From IMG/VR virus record IMGVR_UViG_3300021426_000009, positions 10,121-74,120 of that record: a stretch of DNA of 64,000 nt; one strand, given 5' to 3'. The notes under the pieces are model-generated. The model had not been told where the DNA came from. It worked only from the letters and a program-made list of their open reading frames with translations, and did no database searches. The DNA is from a virus. Lineage: Duplodnaviria; Caudoviricetes. The position numbers and the translations under genes are program-made. Positions 41,432 through 51,173 of this stretch are shown here, piece by piece; the stretch's first letter is position 1, and each line of letters opens with the position of its first letter.

Positions 41432-43024
41432 ATGCAAGAATCATTGTTTATTCAGTTTGTCATGGCTCTCTTCCCGAAGCTGTCGCTTTACGTGAAGACG
41501 AAGGTCAACAACGGCCAGGCCATGACCTACCTCCACAAGACGATGCTGAACCCTGTGTACAGTGCCGATCAGAAGTGGGAGGGTACCTCTGCCAATACGG
41601 TGTATGTAGCTGCTGACATGGTGGCCATGGATTCTCCCCTGCCCATTAAGAGACGTGACTCTATCGCTACGTCGAACGGCAAGCTGCCAAAGATTGGTAT
41701 GGAGAAGAAGAAGGGTGAGACCGACATCAACACCCTGAACATCATGAATGCGCAGTATCAGGCAATGGTGGCCGTCGGCAACCAGGCTGCTGCTGCCTCT
41801 CAGCGTCAGCGCATCATCCAGCAGTTCGCAAACGACTCTGTCTATTGCTCTGTTGGTATCGACGAGAAGAACGAGGCCAACTTCCTGACCGCACTCTCTG
41901 ACGGTGTCATGGCTGTTCCCGATGAGGAGAACACTGGTACCGCACTGCGTGTCAGCTTCGGCTACGAGAAGTTCCCTGGCAACCACTTCGGTGTAGAGGT
42001 GAAGGGCCACGTCAGCCGTGAGGACATCGAGCGTGTGTTCACAAAGGCTGAGCAGTTGGGTATCACCATCACCACTATCGCCATCGCCCTGTCGACCTAT
42101 CGTAACATGAAGAAGGAGCGCTGGGCACGCGAGCTCGTCGCCAACGCTAAGGATATGTCGTACACGGACGACACGAAGCTCCCCATTCCTCCTGCAGAGG
42201 CATTCGACGATGCCTTCGCTACGGAGTTCGGTGGTGCTCAGTTCCTGAAGATCGACCGTACCGTGTACTTCGAGAAGAACGGCAGGCGCACACCTGTTAA
42301 GCCGTTCAACCCGAACAAGCTGGTGTTCCTGACCTCTACGATGGTCGGTTCGCTTGTATGGGGTACACTTGCTGAGGCAAGCCATCCCGTTGCCGGTGTC
42401 CAGTACGCTACCATCGACGAGTACAAGCTGATTTCGGAGTTCTCTACCACTAAGCCCCTCATCGAGCATACTACTGGTGAGGCACTTGTCATCCCTGTCA
42501 TCGAGAACGTTGACAACATTCTCACTATCGACATCACTGATGCCGAGGAGATCGACCCGAAGGCCGAGGAGGAGGACGTTGAGGACAGCTTCGTGACCAT
42601 CGGAGGCTTCACATACAGCAAGCTCGAGGCCATCGCCAAGCTGAAGGCCCTCGGCCAGAACGTTCCTGCCAAGGCAAGTGACAATGATGTCATCAAGGCA
42701 TTCAACGGCCTGAGCGACGAGGAAGAGACTGCATTCCGCAAGGATGTCATCTATGTTCCGAAGCTGAGCCCGAAGAGCCTGTCATTCGCAGCTGCCGCTG
42801 ACGAGACTGGCAAGACCGTGAAGGTGTCGAGCAACGACAAGGACAACCTCGCAGCCGCTTCAGTAGCTGCCGACAAGGAATGGATTACCGCCTCTATCGC
42901 CAATGGCGTGGTGACCGTCAAGGTTGCAGCCAACAGCGGTGAGGGTGCTGCAGAGCGCTCAGGTAACGTGACCGTTACCGTAGGCAGCCGCAGCGCAGTG
43001 ATCGCAGTGACTCAAACCGCCTAA
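41432..43024 (+). CDS. Major capsid protein with C-terminal BACON/Ig-like domain
   Basis: About 370-aa capsid part (VAADMVAMDSPLP, GKLPKIG), then a linker and KEWITAS...VTVKVAAN...ERSGNVTVT...VTQ. Confidence 0.82.
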   Translation: MQESLFIQFVMALFPKLSLYVKTKVNNGQAMTYLHKTMLNPVYSADQKWEGTSANTVYVAADMVAMDSPLPIKRRDSIATSNGKLPKIGMEKKKGETDINTLNIMNAQYQAMVAVGNQAAAASQRQRIIQQFANDSVYCSVGIDEKNEANFLTALSDGVMAVPDEENTGTALRVSFGYEKFPGNHFGVEVKGHVSREDIERVFTKAEQLGITITTIAIALSTYRNMKKERWARELVANAKDMSYTDDTKLPIPPAEAFDDAFATEFGGAQFLKIDRTVYFEKNGRRTPVKPFNPNKLVFLTSTMVGSLVWGTLAEASHPVAGVQYATIDEYKLISEFSTTKPLIEHTTGEALVIPVIENVDNILTIDITDAEEIDPKAEEEDVEDSFVTIGGFTYSKLEAIAKLKALGQNVPAKASDNDVIKAFNGLSDEEETAFRKDVIYVPKLSPKSLSFAAAADETGKTVKVSSNDKDNLAAASVAADKEWITASIANGVVTVKVAANSGEGAAERSGNVTVTVGSRSAVIAVTQTA

Positions 43025-43037
43025 CCATTAACAAGCG

Positions 43038-43367
43038 ATGAAGACAGTCAGGCAGGCGCTCCTCGATGAGATTATCTACCCGATGCCCGAAGGGCTTGTG
43101 GAGAACAAGATGATAGCCCGTGGTCTCACTGGAGACAGCGAGTACGACCACGAAACGGCCATGTCGAAATCCTTCAAGGGATGCTATGCCGACTGCCTCG
43201 TTGCATTGGTTCAGACCGTGAATTTCTCGGAAGCCGACAAGAGCGTGGGCTCTCTCTCCGACGAGTCGAAGAAGAGGCTTCTGAAGATAGCCAACAATAT
43301 CTATGATGAGATCGGTGAGGAGGAGGTAGAAGCCGAGGCCAAGCCGACCGTTTATATCAACTGCTGA
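43038..43367 (+). CDS. Head-tail connector (adaptor)
   Basis: Synteny and size. Confidence 0.7.
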   Translation: MKTVRQALLDEIIYPMPEGLVENKMIARGLTGDSEYDHETAMSKSFKGCYADCLVALVQTVNFSEADKSVGSLSDESKKRLLKIANNIYDEIGEEEVEAEAKPTVYINC

Positions 43368-43368
43368 C

Positions 43369-43707
43369 ATGCCCGTACTGAAGATGATGCCCCACAAGCT
43401 CTCCGTGCTTTCCGTCAGGGAGGCATACGAGGACGAGAACGGTGACTTCCACAAGGGTACTGAGGAATGGGAAGAGCTGTGCAGATGTGATGCCGTACCA
43501 GCCGGAGAGGCAAGGGAGATAGCACTTCCTGACGGCACGAAGACAGCATACAGCTATACCATCTACCTTCCAAAGAAGACGAGGGAGTTCAGGACTGGCG
43601 AGAAGGTACGCATCAGCTTCTTCGGGAAAGGCATGTTGGAGGAGAAGAAGGAGTTCACGGTGAAAGGGTTCCACGCTTATCAGCACCAGTGCAAGATGTG
43701 GGTATGA
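43369..43707 (+). CDS. Head closure protein
   Basis: Synteny; YEDENGD ... W.... C.C motif. Confidence 0.65.
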   Translation: MPVLKMMPHKLSVLSVREAYEDENGDFHKGTEEWEELCRCDAVPAGEAREIALPDGTKTAYSYTIYLPKKTREFRTGEKVRISFFGKGMLEEKKEFTVKGFHAYQHQCKMWV

Positions 43708-44195
43708 AGGATATCAGGCTTGCCACGTCAACAAAGGCCATCGACGAGCTGTTCCGAAAAGCTGCGGAAATTCTCGTAGAGCGCATCAAGTACAACCTCA
43801 ACTATCTCGGCCTTACCTGTGTCAGGAGAATAAAGGACAGAACGGGAAGTGAGAGCTGGTACGACCAGACGGGAAACCTCAGGAGTTCAATCGGCTATGC
43901 CATCTATTCATACGGAAGGAAGCAGATAGAGTCCAAGTTCCAGTCGGTGCTCAACGGAAGCGAAGGTGCCCAGAAGGGACGCAAGATGGTGGATGAGTTG
44001 GCAGGCAGCTACTCGGAGACCTACGCACTGGTAGTCGTGGCGGCAATGGAATATGCGGAGTACGTGGAGGCGATGGAGTCGAAGGACGTCCTCGCATCGA
44101 CTGAAATCTATGCCAAGCAGGAGGTTGAGCGATACCTCCAGAAGGCTGTACGTGAAGCAGAGAAGAAAATCCAGCAAATCGAAATCACCCTATGA
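43704..44195 (+). CDS. HK97 gp10-like neck protein
   Basis: DQTGNLRSSIGY and AMEYAEYVE motifs. Confidence 0.85.
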   Translation: MKDIRLATSTKAIDELFRKAAEILVERIKYNLNYLGLTCVRRIKDRTGSESWYDQTGNLRSSIGYAIYSYGRKQIESKFQSVLNGSEGAQKGRKMVDELAGSYSETYALVVVAAMEYAEYVEAMESKDVLASTEIYAKQEVERYLQKAVREAEKKIQQIEITL

Positions 44196-44587
44196 GGTCA
44201 GACGAAGACATAAAGACGGACATCTTCAAGTTCATCAAGGGATCTGAGCTGCATCGCTCGGTCAGCGGTAAGCTGAGCAAGAGGAAGAGGCCGAAGGGCT
44301 CCGACAAGGAGGACATCTTAATCTCCATCCTCGCCAACGAGAACGGACAGGTCCAGACGGCATACGTCAACGTGAACATCTATGTCAGGGACGTCAACGT
44401 CGACGGACAGGATGAGGAGGACACGCTCAGGATAGCCTCTCTCTCCACACTCGCAGACAACCTGCTTGGAGAGTTCTACGGACAGGAGTACACCCTCAAG
44501 ATGCTCTCGCAGAGGGTACTGGAGGTTCCTGGAGCCGCAGAGCATGTGATAAACAACAAGGTAGAATACAAAACTTTAAACGAATAG
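44192..44587 (+). CDS. Tail terminator / completion protein
   Basis: Synteny; VNVNIYV motif. Confidence 0.65.
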   Translation: MRSDEDIKTDIFKFIKGSELHRSVSGKLSKRKRPKGSDKEDILISILANENGQVQTAYVNVNIYVRDVNVDGQDEEDTLRIASLSTLADNLLGEFYGQEYTLKMLSQRVLEVPGAAEHVINNKVEYKTLNE

Positions 44588-44591
44588 AACT

Positions 44592-45047
44592 ATGGCAGTA
44601 AAGAAGCTTATCGGTTGGGGCAAGTGCTCGGTCAAGGACGGTACCAAGACCTATGATGACATCAAGGAGGGAACCGCCAGTCTGTCAGTAGAAGAAGGCA
44701 GCATCGAGGAAGCCCTCATTGAAGGTGGTGAGGCAGAGGCAACTCGCTCAATGCCCGACAAGTATATCCTTGAGTTCGACCGTCGTATCGGTGCTGAGGC
44801 AGAGGTGACCCCAGGCTATACTGAGGATGCCGGTGACGTTATCATCACTCCTCCGACAGTCGGTGCCATCGGTGTCAAGCTGATGAACGTATGCCGTAAG
44901 ATTACCCTGAAGGGTGACTCTACGGACGGTCTGATGGCTCACTACTGGTACAAGACCAAGGGTGCCCATGACGATAACGGCAACATCACGGATGTCGTTG
45001 CAGTCAAGAAGACCGCCACACAGAGCGGTTCGGGCACTGGAAACTAA
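44592..45047 (+). CDS. Major tail protein
   Basis: Synteny; IGWGKC ... IKEGTASL motifs. Confidence 0.7.
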   Translation: MAVKKLIGWGKCSVKDGTKTYDDIKEGTASLSVEEGSIEEALIEGGEAEATRSMPDKYILEFDRRIGAEAEVTPGYTEDAGDVIITPPTVGAIGVKLMNVCRKITLKGDSTDGLMAHYWYKTKGAHDDNGNITDVVAVKKTATQSGSGTGN

Positions 45048-45120
45048 AGATTCCTCCTTTCATTAGAGAGACGTGTGGAGAGACACCCCTTGGAAGTTCG
45101 GCAGGATAGAATTTCCGCAT

Positions 45121-45194
45121 GCGGAGATAGCTCAGCTGGTCAGAGCGTGGCAATTCCATTGTCAAGGTCGGTGGTCCGACTCCACCTCTCCGCT
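45121..45194 (+). tRNA. tRNA-Gly(TCC) inside the tail operon
   Basis: GCGGAGA/TCTCCGC plus U73; GCTC-AGCTGGTCA-GAGC; TGGCA-ATTCCAT-TGTCA; GGTGG-TCCGACT-CCACC (atypical T loop). Confidence 0.78.
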
Positions 45195-45196
45195 CT

Positions 45197-45937
45197 ATGG
45201 ATGAGAAGAAGACTAACATTGAATATGACATCGCAGACGTAGTGATCGGTCGCCCCTATGGATTCTCCGTAGGGAAAAAGCATTTCAATCTCTACCCAGT
45301 GACGCTTGCGAAGATGTACCTGCTGAAGAGGCAGATAGACAACCTCGCAATCGACCAGGCCATCCTGAAGGTGAACCCGTACATGGAAGCCATCCGTCTG
45401 GTGAAGAAGGACAGGGAGACATGCTGCAGGATTCTCTCATACCATACAGCCCCGAACACATATAAGGATCTGTACGACCAGAAAGCCATCACCATCCGAA
45501 AGAACCTCTTCGAGAAGGAACTGACGGAAGAGGAGCTGGCAACCATGCTTATCATGTGTCTCACGTCGGACAAGTCAGACCAGATAATGAGCCACCTCGG
45601 CATCGACAAGGAGAGGGAAAGGCTCTCCAGTGTCATGGAGGTCAAGCGCAGGAGCGACAAGAACAACGTGTCGTTCGGAGGACTCTCAGTGTTCGGGACA
45701 TTCATCGGACAGCTCAAGGAGATGGGATTCACCACCGACGAGATACTGTACGAGAGGAGCTATGCGTTCCTGCGCCTGATGCTCGCAGACAAGGTGACGT
45801 CGATATACCTCACCGACGAGGAGAGGGATCAGGTGTCTGCCCTGCAGATGGGAGGCGTGGACGCAAGCAACCCAGAGAACGCAGACATGGTGCTCGCAGC
45901 CTTCAAGAACAAGGAGATACCCATCGAGGAGGAATGA
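45197..45937 (+). CDS. Tail assembly chaperone
   Basis: Lies between the MTP and the tape measure gene. Confidence 0.7.
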   Translation: MDEKKTNIEYDIADVVIGRPYGFSVGKKHFNLYPVTLAKMYLLKRQIDNLAIDQAILKVNPYMEAIRLVKKDRETCCRILSYHTAPNTYKDLYDQKAITIRKNLFEKELTEEELATMLIMCLTSDKSDQIMSHLGIDKERERLSSVMEVKRRSDKNNVSFGGLSVFGTFIGQLKEMGFTTDEILYERSYAFLRLMLADKVTSIYLTDEERDQVSALQMGGVDASNPENADMVLAAFKNKEIPIEEE

Positions 45938-46003
45938 GCCCGAGTTAACGAAAGTAACAGCCCACACGCACGTGCGAGGCCATCACGATAAAAGAGAAGA
46001 ACA

Positions 46004-49000
46004 ATGGCATTGAAGTTTGACATCGTAGGAGACAACCGCAATTTCCTTCAGGCGCTCGACCAGAGCGTTGACGGAGTCCACAGGGCTTCGAGGGAGATTC
46101 AGCAGAGTGGCATGGGCATAGAGGATATGTTCAAGCGCATAGCTGCTGCAGCCGGTATTGCCTTCACGCTCGACCAGGCCAAGGGCTTCGTGAATCAGGT
46201 GATGACCGTCAGGGGTCAGTTCCAGCAGCTGGAGATAGCATTCTCAACCATGCTCCAGTCTGAGGAGAAGGCCAAGGAGCTGATGGATCAGTTGGTGGAG
46301 ACGGCAGCCAAGACTCCGTTCGACCTGAAGGGAGTGTCAGAGGGTGCCAAGCAGCTGCTTGCATACGGCATTCAGGCAGAGGAAGTCAACGAGACGATAA
46401 CGAGGCTGGGTGACATTGCGGCTGGACTCTCCATCCCTCTCGGAGACCTTGTATATCTTTATGGTACTACGATGACTCAGGGCAGGATGTTCACGATGGA
46501 CCTCCGTCAGTTCATGGGTCGAGGTATTCCGATGGCCGAGGAGCTTGCCAAGCAGTTCGGGGTGGCCAAGGAAGAGGTGGCCGGACTCGTCACCGCAGGC
46601 AGGGTCAGCGCAGAGGCTGTCAAGAATGCCATCTGGGGCATGACTGAGGAAGGAACCAAGTTCGGTGGACTCATGGCGAAGCAGTCAGCAAGTATCACGG
46701 GTCAGATTTCGAATATTCAGGATGCCATCGACAATATGTTCAACGACATAGGACAGCAGAATGAAGGTCTCATCAACTCAGGCCTGAAGGGTGTGTCCTA
46801 CCTCGTCGAGCATTATGAGGCTATCGGAAAGGTTCTCCTGCAGCTCGTTGCCATCTACGGAAGCTACAAGGCTGCCGTGATAGCATATGTCGCCATACAG
46901 AAAGTCCATGCCACATGGATAGCCCTGGAGCAGACGGCACACCTTCAGAACGCTCTGGCCACGGAGGCTGAGATTGCAGCCAAGGGTAAGGCTACTGTCG
47001 CAACGGTAGTCCTCGACAAGGCTACCAAGGCTCTGAATGCCACGATGCTTGCCAACCCCTATGTGTTGGTGGCAGCCGGTATCATGACGCTCGTAAGTGC
47101 CATCTACCTGTTCGGCAACCGAACGGACGAGGCAGCTGAGGCTCAGAAGAAACTTGACGAGGCCACAAGGGACCTGAAGTCGGAGATAGCCTCTGAGCGT
47201 GCCAATATAGACACCCTCTTCAACAAGCTGAGGAATGCCAAGGAAGGCACGGAGGAATACAAGAAGGTGAAGGATCAGATTCTCGGCCAGTACGGAAAGT
47301 ACCTGCAGGGTCTGAGTGATGAAATATCCACCCTGAAAGATGTGGAGGGTGCCTACAAGGCCGTCACAAAGGCTGCAAGGGAGGCATCCATCGCAAGGGG
47401 CAGGGAAGCAGCCCTGAAGGACGTTCAGGACACCTACGGCAAGAACTACGCATATAGCATAGAGAAGCTTCAGAACGCTCTCAACAGCCGTGTCGGAGGC
47501 AAGCAGGCTACCGATGCGCTCACCAAGATACAGACTGAGCTTCAGAAGACAGGAACCATCAGCGCCAAGACGGAGCAGCAGATTAAGGAAATGTTCCGTG
47601 GCACTGCCGACTACGGCAACTCGGGAGCATGGCTTACAGGCCTGAAGAACAACGAGAAGTACCTGAATGACTACACCAGGCTTGTCGAGCAGAGATTCCA
47701 GTTCGAGGATGAGACAGGCAAGAAGGCCAATGAGTCCAAGAAGAAGAGGAACAAACAGGCCATCGAGGAGGAACGCAAGAACCTTCAGGGTCAGCTTGAA
47801 GCCCTCGAGCAGTCGGAGGCCATCGGCAAGAAGGGTGCTGAACTGAAGAGGAAGATCGCTAACCTCGACAAGGAATTGAAAGCCTACAACACGTCGGGCA
47901 AGTCAGGCTCCAGTGCAGCCACAGATGCAGCAAACCGCAGGCAGAAGGAGTTCGAGCTCGACCTCAAGCAGACGGAATACCAGGCTGCACAATCACGGGC
48001 AACCCGTGATGCCATTGAGCAGGCACGTATCGCTGCCATCAAGAATGACGGTGAGCGTGAAAGGGAGGCACAGGAAGAGCAGCATCGTCTGAACCTTCAG
48101 GCCATCAGTGACAAGGAGGAGGAAATGAAGAAGGCTCTCTATGCGTACAACAAGAGCGTATGGGAGAACCAGAACAAGAACAAGAATCAGAAGTACTCGG
48201 ACACAGAGGAAGGAAAGGCCGGCTGGGAGGCCGTCTCTCTCTCCGAGGACCAGATAAAGGAGCTGAAGGCACTCCGAGACAAGGAGAATGCCGACTATGA
48301 ACGCTCCATCCGTGACCGCTATAAGGAAGAGGCACGTCAGATGCGTGAGTTCCTGAAGCAGTACGGCTCGTTTGAGCAGAGGAAACTCGCTCTTGCAGAG
48401 GAATACAGCCAGAGGATAGCCGATGCACGCACAGAGGGTGAACGTCGCTCACTCAGGAAGGAGCAGGCACAGGAAGAGGCCAAGCTGCAGTTCGAGACCA
48501 TTTCTATGGGCATCGACTGGAAGTCGCTCTTCAGTGGTGTCAGCAACCTGAACAAGCAGATGATGAAACCCATCATGGACCAGCTGAAGGCCTACACCCA
48601 GACCGATGAGTACGCACGTGCCAATGCTGATACGCAGCAGAGGATAGCAGACCTCATCGTGGAACTGCGTACATTCCTCGGCAGCGACCATGATGCCACA
48701 TGGCAGAACCTCGAGACGGCAATGAACGACTTCATGGCTTCCGTTGACAAGTACAACCAGGCCGTGGAGAATGAGAAGGAGGCCGTGGCAAGGCTCACCT
48801 CTGCGAAGACCCAGCTCGACAATGGCGAGATCAGTCAGGAGGAATATGACAAGCTGAAGAAGGAGACGGAACAGCTCGGAGAGGAGACGGCCAATGCCAA
48901 GGACTCTATGGGCAACTTCGCCAGAGCGTTGAACAACACTACGGATGAGGTGGAGCATTATACGTCAAGCCTCTCGACATTCCTTAACAACCTGAAAGGC

Positions 49001-50704
49001 CTGAACGGAATAGAGGGCGGCAATGAGCTGAAGGTGGCCATATCCAACTTCGATGCCTTGAAGGGAGACTTCGATGCCACCCTTGCAGGAATGCAGGATG
49101 GCACGACGAAGGAGATTGGCTCAGCCATTTCCAACGCTATCGGTGAGGGCATGAACTTCATCGGCAACGGACTGACAAGCATCCTTGGCGAGGGTATCGG
49201 AAGCATCGTGCTCATAGTGGCACAGATACCGAAGCTGATTCTTCAGATTGTCGGAGCCATCAAGAACATCATCACAGGCATCCTCGATGCCATCACGGAG
49301 CTTATCTCTCTCCGATGGATAGACGACCTGATTAACAGCATCCTCGATGCCATAGGCAATCTGATAGACACCATCCTTGACCTGCCGGAGAATATCGCCA
49401 AGGTCATCGGTTCGGTGCTCGAGGGTGTCGGCGGTCTCGTCGAGGGAGTCCTCGGACGTGTAGGCAACATCGTCACTCTCGGCCTTCTCGACAGCAACTG
49501 GCTTTCGAACTGGCTGTTCGGTGACAACTCGGCATACGAGGCTGCCATAGACAAGTGGGGATGGCTGCTCGACACTTGGGAGGATAACCTCGAGTACGAG
49601 AAGAGCCTTATGGAGAAGGCCTACGGTGAGAATGCCATCGACATTCAGCAGTACACGGAAGGTATGCTGAAGAACACCATGCAGGCAGCGCGTGAGGTCT
49701 ATGAGGGATGGGCTGGCTCAGGTGCCGGTCTGTTCTCGCACTCCAACGGCTACGATGCTAACAATGATGCACGTTGGGACTACCTCATAAAGTCGAATCC
49801 CGAGATTGCAAAGAAGCTCGGAGTCTACAATGTGCATACCAACTGGTTTGACTTCGTTGCTGGTGGAGACATTTCGAAGCTGTTCGACCTTGACTGGAAG
49901 GAACTCGATAAGCTGAAGCATGAAAACACCCAGTTCTGGCAGTCGCTGTATGAAGAGGCCAGGAACTACCTCGACCAGTACATAGAGGCTGGCAAGGCCA
50001 TCGAGGAAATTCAGAACACCCTCAATGAGCGTCTTACGACCACCACGAAGGAAAATGTGTTCGATGATTTCCTGAAATCCCTCTACGACCTCGCAGACGG
50101 TTCGGAGGATGTGTTCGACAACATTGCCGACGCATGGCAGAAGATGGTCAACAAGATGGTCATCAACAACCTTGTCGGCAAGCAGTTCCAGCAGAGCCTC
50201 GAGGAATGGTACCAGAAGCTCGCAGACATGCAGAGACAGCGTACAGAGGGCAACATGGATGACGAGTGGTATAAGGATCAGCTGGAGTCATTGAAGAATG
50301 AGTACAAGGGCTATGTGGAGGATGCACAGAAGCAGATAGAGGATCTGCGCAGCATGGGAATCATCAATGCATCGGGCGCAAGCAGCAGCAGCGAGTACTC
50401 TCAGGAAGCCTCCAAGAGAGGTTTCGCCTCGATGTCTCAGGACACGGGCGAGGAGCTGAACGGAAGGTTCACGGCCCTCCAGATAGCGGGCGAGAGCATC
50501 AACAATCAGGTGATACTCATCACCTCGCAGCTCGTGGCGATGGCAGAGCTCCAGACGGGATGCAACAGCTACCTTAGCGAGATACGCAACATGATGATAC
50601 AGGGCAACTCGTTCCTCGAGGACATTGCCAAGTATTCGAAGAGGATATACCTTGACTTCCAGGAGAAGATCGAGGACATTGTAAAGAACACGAAAAATAT
50701 GTAA
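46004..50704 (+). CDS. Tape measure protein
   Basis: 1566 aa, helical; tape-measure motif AAKTPFDL..V..GAKQLLAYG; ELNGRFTALQ near the C-terminus. Confidence 0.95.
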   Translation: MALKFDIVGDNRNFLQALDQSVDGVHRASREIQQSGMGIEDMFKRIAAAAGIAFTLDQAKGFVNQVMTVRGQFQQLEIAFSTMLQSEEKAKELMDQLVETAAKTPFDLKGVSEGAKQLLAYGIQAEEVNETITRLGDIAAGLSIPLGDLVYLYGTTMTQGRMFTMDLRQFMGRGIPMAEELAKQFGVAKEEVAGLVTAGRVSAEAVKNAIWGMTEEGTKFGGLMAKQSASITGQISNIQDAIDNMFNDIGQQNEGLINSGLKGVSYLVEHYEAIGKVLLQLVAIYGSYKAAVIAYVAIQKVHATWIALEQTAHLQNALATEAEIAAKGKATVATVVLDKATKALNATMLANPYVLVAAGIMTLVSAIYLFGNRTDEAAEAQKKLDEATRDLKSEIASERANIDTLFNKLRNAKEGTEEYKKVKDQILGQYGKYLQGLSDEISTLKDVEGAYKAVTKAAREASIARGREAALKDVQDTYGKNYAYSIEKLQNALNSRVGGKQATDALTKIQTELQKTGTISAKTEQQIKEMFRGTADYGNSGAWLTGLKNNEKYLNDYTRLVEQRFQFEDETGKKANESKKKRNKQAIEEERKNLQGQLEALEQSEAIGKKGAELKRKIANLDKELKAYNTSGKSGSSAATDAANRRQKEFELDLKQTEYQAAQSRATRDAIEQARIAAIKNDGEREREAQEEQHRLNLQAISDKEEEMKKALYAYNKSVWENQNKNKNQKYSDTEEGKAGWEAVSLSEDQIKELKALRDKENADYERSIRDRYKEEARQMREFLKQYGSFEQRKLALAEEYSQRIADARTEGERRSLRKEQAQEEAKLQFETISMGIDWKSLFSGVSNLNKQMMKPIMDQLKAYTQTDEYARANADTQQRIADLIVELRTFLGSDHDATWQNLETAMNDFMASVDKYNQAVENEKEAVARLTSAKTQLDNGEISQEEYDKLKKETEQLGEETANAKDSMGNFARALNNTTDEVEHYTSSLSTFLNNLKGLNGIEGGNELKVAISNFDALKGDFDATLAGMQDGTTKEIGSAISNAIGEGMNFIGNGLTSILGEGIGSIVLIVAQIPKLILQIVGAIKNIITGILDAITELISLRWIDDLINSILDAIGNLIDTILDLPENIAKVIGSVLEGVGGLVEGVLGRVGNIVTLGLLDSNWLSNWLFGDNSAYEAAIDKWGWLLDTWEDNLEYEKSLMEKAYGENAIDIQQYTEGMLKNTMQAAREVYEGWAGSGAGLFSHSNGYDANNDARWDYLIKSNPEIAKKLGVYNVHTNWFDFVAGGDISKLFDLDWKELDKLKHENTQFWQSLYEEARNYLDQYIEAGKAIEEIQNTLNERLTTTTKENVFDDFLKSLYDLADGSEDVFDNIADAWQKMVNKMVINNLVGKQFQQSLEEWYQKLADMQRQRTEGNMDDEWYKDQLESLKNEYKGYVEDAQKQIEDLRSMGIINASGASSSSEYSQEASKRGFASMSQDTGEELNGRFTALQIAGESINNQVILITSQLVAMAELQTGCNSYLSEIRNMMIQGNSFLEDIAKYSKRIYLDFQEKIEDIVKNTKNM

Positions 50705-50707
50705 GAT

Positions 50708-51169
50708 ATGCCAGCAGGACAGTTGTACATAAAGAATGCAAGCGGAAGCTATGTGGATGCCTACACGACATGGGGCATCAGCCTCACGGACAGCTCACTG
50801 GCCGCACTGATGACACCTCCTCCCATCAAGGAGCTGATAGAGAGCACCTACCGCAAGAAGGCAGGCAGGATAGTCATCATGAAAGATGCGGTGTATGCAG
50901 ACAGGGACGTAAGCCTACAGATGCACCTCACGGCTGCGTCGAAGTCGGAGTTCCTGAGCCGCTACCAGTCGTTCTGCAACGTGCTGGCCAAGGGAAAGGT
51001 GGAACTGCAGACCACGCTCATGCCTGGTGTGTATTTCCGCTTCATCTATGTTTCATGCGTGCAGTTCTCGGAGTTCATGGGCAGGATGGCCAAGTTCTCC
51101 CTGAAGCTGAACGAGCCGGACCCGACGAACAGGGCGGCAACTGACAAGAATACGAGTTTTGTAGACTGA
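50708..51169 (+). CDS. Distal tail protein (Dit-like)
   Basis: Follows the TMP; DAYTTWG and LNEPDP motifs. Confidence 0.75.
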   Translation: MPAGQLYIKNASGSYVDAYTTWGISLTDSSLAALMTPPPIKELIESTYRKKAGRIVIMKDAVYADRDVSLQMHLTAASKSEFLSRYQSFCNVLAKGKVELQTTLMPGVYFRFIYVSCVQFSEFMGRMAKFSLKLNEPDPTNRAATDKNTSFVD

Positions 51170-51173
51170 GGAT

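Noticed and set aside
45197-46003. Programmed -1 frameshift in the tail chaperone
   Set aside because: No clear slippery heptamer or second-frame ORF before the TMP; one 246-aa ORF fills the interval.
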